Origin: an uncultured delta proteobacterium
Lineage (GTDB): Bacteria > Desulfobacterota > RBG-13-43-22
DNA: 13,602 nucleotides
Reading direction: 5' to 3'
NCBI GenBank assembly: GCA_963802945.1
Contig: CAWDKY010000071.1
Location: forward strand, 1-13,602
Part shown: one piece after another, positions 8,450 to 13,602 of the stretch
Position numbering within the stretch: the stretch's first letter is position 1
How the letters are laid out: the number at the start of each line of letters is the position of its first letter
The notes under the pieces: generated by a model
Database searches by the model: none
Told to the model about the DNA's origin: nothing
What the model saw: the letters and a program-made list of their open reading frames with translations, nothing else
Program-made: the position numbers and the translations under genes

Positions 8450-8478
8450 AGGTTCTCTCACCTTTGAATACTTTATTA

Positions 8479-9435
8479 TTACCTCTGCACTCTCACCCTT
8501 GGGTCCAGAATTCCATAGGTAAGGTCGACCAACAAATTTACCAGTAAAACATTTAAGGCTACGATAACCAATATGACTTGGAGAACCGGAAAATCTCTGG
8601 CAAAGACGGCATCGACCCCCATCCGGCCCAGACCTGGAATGGCAAACATGAACTCGACAATAAAGGCCCCGCTTATCAGAAAAGCCCAGCTCAACCCGAT
8701 AATGGTGACCACGGGCAGCATGGCCGGCTTGAAGGCATGTTTGCGGATCACCCTCGTCTCTTTTGCCCCCTTGGCCCGGGCGGTCCGGATGAAATCCTGG
8801 CTGAAGACTTCCAGGAAACTGGATCTCACATAGCGGGCCAGCAGGCCTGCGCTCCCTGTTCCCATAATAAAGGTGGGCATGATGACCGAAAGCAGGTTCT
8901 CCCAGGGATTCTCGAAAAAGGCCACATATCCGGAGGGGGGGAAAATTTGAAAAATAACGGCAAATATATAGATAAAAACAATACCTTCCCAGAAGGGCGG
9001 AATAGAAACCCCGATAATAGAAGTGGTTGTCAGAAAGGCATCCAGTTTGGTGTTTCGTCTCAGGGCACCGATGATGCCCACCGGGAACCCGATAAGAAAG
9101 GCCCAAAAGGTTGCTCCAAGGAAGAGCTCAAGGGTTACCGGCAGTCGGCTCAGGAACATGTCCATGACCGGTTCTCCGCTCCCTATGGATTTCCCCCATT
9201 CACCCCGGACAAAATCTTTCAACCAGATGATGTATTGAGTATAAATCGGTTTGTCCAGACCATACCGGGCTCTCAATTCGGCCATGATCGTCTTGTCGGC
9301 CAGGTCTGAGTTGGCCATGGCCGCAAAGGATACCGGGTCACCGGGCAGCATCCTGACCATGACGAAGATAAGGATTGAGACCAGGAATAAAAGAATTATG
9401 GTGTAAATGAGTCTTTCAAGAATGTATTTGCGCAT
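8479..9435 (-). CDS. oppB: ABC transporter permease (OppB/DppB family)
   Basis: RMLPGDP, YGLDKPIYTQY, RLPVTLEL, EAA loop DFIRTARAKG and VNLLVDLTYGILDPRV. Symbol is family-level only. Confidence 0.95.
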   Translation of the reverse strand: MRKYILERLIYTIILLFLVSILIFVMVRMLPGDPVSFAAMANSDLADKTIMAELRARYGLDKPIYTQYIIWLKDFVRGEWGKSIGSGEPVMDMFLSRLPVTLELFLGATFWAFLIGFPVGIIGALRRNTKLDAFLTTTSIIGVSIPPFWEGIVFIYIFAVIFQIFPPSGYVAFFENPWENLLSVIMPTFIMGTGSAGLLARYVRSSFLEVFSQDFIRTARAKGAKETRVIRKHAFKPAMLPVVTIIGLSWAFLISGAFIVEFMFAIPGLGRMGVDAVFARDFPVLQVILVIVALNVLLVNLLVDLTYGILDPRVRVQR

Positions 9436-9522
9436 AGTCGATCTTCTTTAATGGCTCTTTAGAATCTAATTAATCTGGAAATTTATCTCTCCCCTTTGTA
9501 GTCGGTTTTCCCCTGCTGAGAT

Positions 9523-9554
9523 CCCCGTTCCCACGCCGGAGCGTGGGAACGGGG
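9523..9554. repeat. Perfect 14-bp GC-rich stem-loop, REP-like palindrome
   Basis: ccccgttcccacgc-cgga-gcgtgggaacgggg, 20 bp downstream of the 9575 stop. No U-tract follows on the transcribed strand. Confidence 0.75.
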
Positions 9555-9574
9555 GCAGCCAGCTCATATAGGTA

Positions 9575-10087
9575 TTATTTGAATTTGAGGCTTTTAACGA
9601 TTTTCTCGTATTTAGAATAATCCATATAGGGATGAGCATCCACGTAAACCAACTTCCCGTCTTTGTAAGCCGAAACGAGCATCGTAACAATAGGAGTCCC
9701 GGTGGGTGGGTGGGTCCAACTGATTTCGGAGTAGTAAGCCTTGGTGCCGTCCGCAAGGGTGATCTCTTTGTTCTCGCTCATCTTGGCTGTGGTCCCCTGA
9801 CCTTGCTCGAGGCCCGGTTTGTACCCTTTTTCTGCGTAATCCTTCAGCGCAAGACCTTCGGGAATAGGAGAAACGCCAACATCAATAAAAAATCCACCTG
9901 GATACTGGATTCTCAATACTTGTTCAGGTGAAACTTTTTCCTCTTCCGTACCACCCCCAGGATAGGTGACGGTAAAGGCCGGCGGGCCGGCAAAAGAAAA
10001 TTCCGCCGCTAAGGTCAAAGCAGGAACCAAGGCGATTCCCAGTGTCAAGGCCAAGACCAGACATAAAGAAACAATATATTTTCTCAT
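9575..10087 (-). CDS. Secreted/periplasmic hypothetical protein, probable PsbP/Mog1-like fold
   Basis: SD AGGAGG, signal peptide ending TLA|AE. FTVTYP near the N-terminus, KEITLADGTKAY and C-terminal IVKSLKFK resemble PsbP-like proteins (recognised by eye). Confidence 0.7.
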   Translation of the reverse strand: MRKYIVSLCLVLALTLGIALVPALTLAAEFSFAGPPAFTVTYPGGGTEEEKVSPEQVLRIQYPGGFFIDVGVSPIPEGLALKDYAEKGYKPGLEQGQGTTAKMSENKEITLADGTKAYYSEISWTHPPTGTPIVTMLVSAYKDGKLVYVDAHPYMDYSKYEKIVKSLKFK

Positions 10088-10227
10088 TTTATTCCTCCTT
10101 TTAACAATTTTCTTTCTGAATAATTAATAAAGAAACAGATCTTAATACCAATTTCATGTTTTTAACCGAATTAATATCTTAGTCATTTTCCCCGGGCCGC
10201 ATCACCTCCTATTCTCTCGAATAGATA

Positions 10228-11493
10228 CTAACCCTTGACTCCTGATCCATCTTGTGACGGGGCGGTCAAGACTGCCTCCGTCAGAAGATCGGTTAGCTGA
10301 TTAACTTCTTTCATCATATCCACTTCGCTCATCTTCGCATCAGAGAGCCAACGCATCACCATTTGGTAGAAGGTTCCCAGCATCATATTCCGGAATACCC
10401 TCGGATTCACCTCAGAGCGAAAAGCCCCCCCGGTCTTACCCTCTTGGATGACTTCTTCCAATAACCTGTAATAATTTCGGAAGGCCTCAAAGGCCTCTGC
10501 TTGGTAAAAGCTTTTATTTAAAAAGAGGTTGAGGACAAAAATTCTTAAAAAGTGGGGGTCAGCCAGGAAGGTTGAGAAGTGATACTTGACTAATTTCTTG
10601 AGTTTGCTAATTACAGAGTCGGGATGAAAAACCCCTGATAAATCTTTAAAGTATTGTTCAAACCGCCTCTTTGGTATGGAGAAAAGAAGGAGGTCTTTAT
10701 TTTCAAAGTATTCGTAAACCGTTCCGTCACCAACACCCGCCAGTTGGGCAATCTCCGTCATTTTGGTCCTGTTGAAACCCTTTTTGGCAAAAACTTTCTC
10801 GGCTGATTCGAGGATGATTGAGGATTTATCGAAGTTGGAACTTTCCGACTCCGTTCTAGGGATGATGATCAATTCGATCAAGGCAGCCGCATCCTCAAAA
10901 TCGAACATTGGGTTCTCCACCTCTTTCAACTCGTGGAACCCGATGGTGGTCATGTCCAATGTTCCCATGACCATATCGCGCATCAGGGATATGGTCACAT
11001 CCCCACGGAATATTCCCTCCTTTACCCCCTGCTCCAAAATGGCGGTTAGGCGACCGAGATATTTTTGAATCAGAAGAAAAGCCGGTGAAGAATAGAATCT
11101 AAATGAAGAACGGCATTCAAACAAAAGGATCCGGGAATAAGCTGAATAGGCGTTTTGGTACCAAAGATTACCCCACATCATCTTTCTGAGTCGGCTTTTA
11201 GGATCGATGAGTCCTTGAAGATCTCTATCCAAAAGGGCCAAGCCGTCTTTTAATCTTTCTTCTGCGATTGAGAAAAGGATATCCTCTTTCCCTTTGAAAT
11301 GTCGATAGATGATCGAGTCATTGATCCCGGCCTGAGAGGCTATCTCGGATATGGTCGCTTCCTTAAATCCTTTATTGGATATAATTTCTTCTGCGGCGAC
11401 CAGGATCCTCAGCCGTTTGTCGGATCCCGGATTTTGGAGGGGCGTCGAAAAAGGATTAATAATCTGACCGTCGTCATCAGACATGGGTAGCAT
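10228..11493 (-). CDS. Tandem (two-unit) TetR/AcrR-family regulator, FadR(YsiA)-like
   Basis: Two full TetR units. HTH1 is ILVAAEEIISNKGFKEATISEIASQAGINDSIIYRHFKGKEDIL and HTH2 is ILESAEKVFAKKGFNRTKMTEIAQLAGVGDGTVYEYFENKDLLL. Each is followed by a ligand domain ending ILEQGVKEGIFR or VIQEGKTGGAFR. The alternative ATG at 11484 has better SD spacing. Confidence 0.92.
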   Translation of the reverse strand: MLPMSDDDGQIINPFSTPLQNPGSDKRLRILVAAEEIISNKGFKEATISEIASQAGINDSIIYRHFKGKEDILFSIAEERLKDGLALLDRDLQGLIDPKSRLRKMMWGNLWYQNAYSAYSRILLFECRSSFRFYSSPAFLLIQKYLGRLTAILEQGVKEGIFRGDVTISLMRDMVMGTLDMTTIGFHELKEVENPMFDFEDAAALIELIIIPRTESESSNFDKSSIILESAEKVFAKKGFNRTKMTEIAQLAGVGDGTVYEYFENKDLLLFSIPKRRFEQYFKDLSGVFHPDSVISKLKKLVKYHFSTFLADPHFLRIFVLNLFLNKSFYQAEAFEAFRNYYRLLEEVIQEGKTGGAFRSEVNPRVFRNMMLGTFYQMVMRWLSDAKMSEVDMMKEVNQLTDLLTEAVLTAPSQDGSGVKG

Positions 11494-11659
11494 TTCTCCT
11501 TTTCTCTTGCTTTTATAAGGACTAAGGCTCTAGTGGGTGTTGTGAATACCGGTTCAGGTCAATAAAATTACCAGCGATACCCCTGTTACCACTTATTCTG
11601 TAATCTTAATTATCACCAAAAAGCAGAAAAGTAAACACAAGTCAATAATATAATTTAAA

Positions 11660-11672
11660 TGAATGGTATTCA
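11660..11672. promoter_or_regulatory. Candidate TetR operator TGAAT-N3-ATTCA
   Basis: Perfect inverted repeat tgaatggtattca, with related copies at 11543-11556 and 11781-11793 in the divergent spacer. Confidence 0.55.
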
Positions 11673-11848
11673 CAAAATATCACCCCTGTTTTCTTTTCAT
11701 TCTTGTCTGCGTCCCACGGCAAGAACTGATCTAAGTATAATTGCCCGAATATAATCATAAAATTAATTATCACATTTTCGAGAATGCCATTCATAATAAG
11801 CAAATTACATTATCGCTATTTCATTTTTTTAAAAGTTTAAAAAATAAT

Positions 11849-11889
11849 TTGACACAAGATACCCTTAATGTTGCTAACCGATCGGTAAG
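11849..11889 (+). promoter_or_regulatory. Probable thiolase promoter region: consensus -35 TTGACA plus palindromic operator CTAACCGATCGGTAAG
   Basis: TTGACA at 11849-11854 follows an A/T tract. No good -10 lies at 17-bp spacing. The palindrome at 11874-11889 has a perfect core accgatcggt and overlaps the expected -10/+1 region. Confidence 0.45.
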
Positions 11890-11930
11890 TTTGGGGTGGG
11901 TTTTGGAAAAAAAGAGGAAGGGGTTCTATT

Positions 11931-13076
11931 ATGAGAGAGGTTGCTGTGATTGGGGCCGGGTTGCATCGCTATGGTGTGTTTCCTGAAAAATCCATTATCG
12001 AAATCGGCACGGATGCGATTCAAAATGCCCTTACAGACGCCAGTCTGGGATGGAAAGATATTGAGGCGGCTTATTGCGGCACCGTGCAGCCGGGTATGTC
12101 CACGGGTCATGTAATCTGTAATCGAATGGGTTTGACCGGTTTGGGAATAACCAATGTAGAGAACGCCTCTGCCAGTGGATCGTCGGCATTCCGGGAAGCC
12201 TATCTGTCCGTTGCCTCCGGAGAGAACGACATTGTTTTGGCCTTCGGTGTCGATAAAATCGCTCTGCCTCCGCAGGCGGCGCCGAAAGCTTCAAAAGCAC
12301 CGCAGGCATTGCAAGAAAAAAAAGAAGCGCCATTACAACCCAAGCGGCAGCTGCCCGTTCATCTTTTCGCCTCTCTGGCGCAGTATTATATGAAGGAATA
12401 CGGCATCACCCGTGAGCAGCTCGGGCTGGTTTCGGTTAAAAGTCATTACAATGCCAGCTTGAATCCCAACGCGCATTTTCAAAAAATGTACACCCTCGGA
12501 GAGGTCAATAACGCTCGCATGGTGGCCGACCCGCTGACGGTTCTTCATTGCTGTCCCTGGGATGATGGCGCTGCGGCGATCATTGTATGCACCAAAGAGA
12601 TCGCCAAAAAATATACGGACAAGGTCTGTCCGTCCGTGGCAGCCTCCATTCACAAAAGCACGCCTCCCGACGGGGACTTCCTCATCAACCTCACCAAGAC
12701 GGCCTCCCAGGCGGCCGATGAGAAGGCCGGTATCGGTCCCGAAGATCTGGATCTCATCGAACTGCACGACGCCTTTACGATCGAGGAGATTATCTATTCC
12801 GAGTCCATTGGCTTATGCGAACGGGGGCAGGGTGGGAGGCTGGTGGAAGAGGGCGTGACCGCACTAACCGGCAAGCACCCCATCAACACCAGCGGCGGCT
12901 TAATTTCCATGGGGCACCCCATCGGGCCGACCGGCGTGGGCCAGATCGCCGAAATCCTTTGGCAGATGCGGGGAGAATGCGGCCAACGGCAGATTCCGAA
13001 ACCCGCCCGTTATGCTTTGGCCCATATGGTCGGAGCGGGCGGCGTGTGCGTGATTCATCTTTTAAGGAATGCATGA
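11931..13076 (+). CDS. Thiolase-superfamily protein, SCP2/SCP-x (lipid-transfer-protein/BbsB-like) type, active-site Cys replaced by Ser
   Basis: VAVIGAG, NVENASASGSSAF (canonical VENACASG), NASLNPNAHFQ, CCPWDDGAAA, ELHDAF, INTSGGL and GHPIGPTG. SD GAGG upstream. Confidence 0.92.
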   Translation: MREVAVIGAGLHRYGVFPEKSIIEIGTDAIQNALTDASLGWKDIEAAYCGTVQPGMSTGHVICNRMGLTGLGITNVENASASGSSAFREAYLSVASGENDIVLAFGVDKIALPPQAAPKASKAPQALQEKKEAPLQPKRQLPVHLFASLAQYYMKEYGITREQLGLVSVKSHYNASLNPNAHFQKMYTLGEVNNARMVADPLTVLHCCPWDDGAAAIIVCTKEIAKKYTDKVCPSVAASIHKSTPPDGDFLINLTKTASQAADEKAGIGPEDLDLIELHDAFTIEEIIYSESIGLCERGQGGRLVEEGVTALTGKHPINTSGGLISMGHPIGPTGVGQIAEILWQMRGECGQRQIPKPARYALAHMVGAGGVCVIHLLRNA

Positions 13077-13088
13077 GGGAGACTATTT

Positions 13089-13602
13089 ATGCCGCGTCAG
13101 GAAAACACCTATGAAAAGATACTGGATACGGCGTTGAATCTGCTGGCCCGAAACGGCTACCAAGGGACATCAATCAAGGATATCACCGACCACGTCGGTC
13201 TGACAAAGGGCTCCTTCTACGCCCATTTCCAGAACAAAAGTCAGTTGCTGGGCCGGTTGATAGAATCATATGAATCAGGTTACATTGATAAATTGATTCA
13301 AAGGGTCGATGAACAGACCGGCAACGCCATCGAAAAACTTCACCGGCTGATCAGTTTTTCCAGCGTCCTCGGTTTGCAATATCGAAAATCAGCGATCCAG
13401 TTTTACTCCTTAAGCGAAGACTTGAAAGCGGGTGAGGATATTGAGCCTATCAGGATTCGATGTGGCCGGAAACTAGAGGCTTTTCTGGTTGATCTTTTCG
13501 ATCAGGGGAAAAGTCAAGGGCTAGTGAGAAAGGATATTGACTCCACCATACTTGCGCATCTCACAAAGTCCAGCAAGACCGAACTGTCAAAAGGACACAC
13601 AG
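13089..13602 (+). CDS. TetR/AcrR-family regulator, partial (runs off the window end)
   Basis: Hand translation from ATG 13089 (GAGGGAG upstream) has no stop: MPRQENTYEKILDTALNLLARNGYQGTSIKDITDHVGLTKGSFYAHFQNKSQLL...AIEKLHRLI...DQGKSQGLVRKDID. Absent from the ORF track. Confidence 0.9.
   Translation, partial: MPRQENTYEKILDTALNLLARNGYQGTSIKDITDHVGLTKGSFYAHFQNKSQLLGRLIESYESGYIDKLIQRVDEQTGNAIEKLHRLISFSSVLGLQYRKSAIQFYSLSEDLKAGEDIEPIRIRCGRKLEAFLVDLFDQGKSQGLVRKDIDSTILAHLTKSSKTELSKGHT

Noticed and set aside
8450-9106. 219-codon N-terminal extension of the oppC ORF overlapping oppB in another frame (possible frameshift fusion)
   Set aside because: The extension has no protein-like features, oppB is intact with its own stop, and oppC has its own SD and ATG at 8449. 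Treated as a chance open frame.
8578-9309. 243-aa antisense ORF, and the other short ORFs overlapping real genes (e.g. 443-754, 1372-1947, 4107-4526, 12333-12767)
   Set aside because: Shadow ORFs of well-supported genes, with no recognisable motifs.
11600-11646. Sigma70 promoter for the tandem tetR gene on the minus strand
   Set aside because: TTGACT and GATAAT-like hexamers are present but not at a workable spacing.
13185-13199. Palindrome accgac-cac-gtcggt resembling the 11874 operator
   Set aside because: It lies inside the HTH coding sequence with different spacing and is explicable by codon choice.

Overview
Bacterial catabolic/transport locus with no rRNA, tRNA, CRISPR or transposase visible. 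The protein families and repeat style suggest an anaerobic Desulfobacterota/deltaproteobacterial genome (inference). A minus-strand run reads: tandem double-TetR regulator, secreted PsbP/Mog1-like protein, Opp/Dpp-type ABC importer (B, C, D, F, then the family-5 solute-binding protein last), a ~800-aa DUF362-family protein, and an alpha/beta-hydrolase-fold gene that runs off the left edge and is missing from the ORF track. Divergent from it, across an AT-rich spacer with two kinds of palindromic operator candidate, are an SCP2/SCP-x-type thiolase-fold gene and a second, partial TetR gene (also not in the ORF track). Several components are atypical: the hydrolase has Ala at the nucleophile position (THATGG), the thiolase has Ser in place of its active-site Cys (VENASASG), the solute-binding protein has a ~68-aa coiled-coil-like insertion, and the DUF362 protein has no ferredoxin motif but has a LarA-like H-x9-K motif and an EF-hand-like loop. 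Most larger intergenic spacers in the minus-strand run carry a palindromic or short-period (7/8/9-bp) repeat, including two inverted copies of one ~85-bp element.
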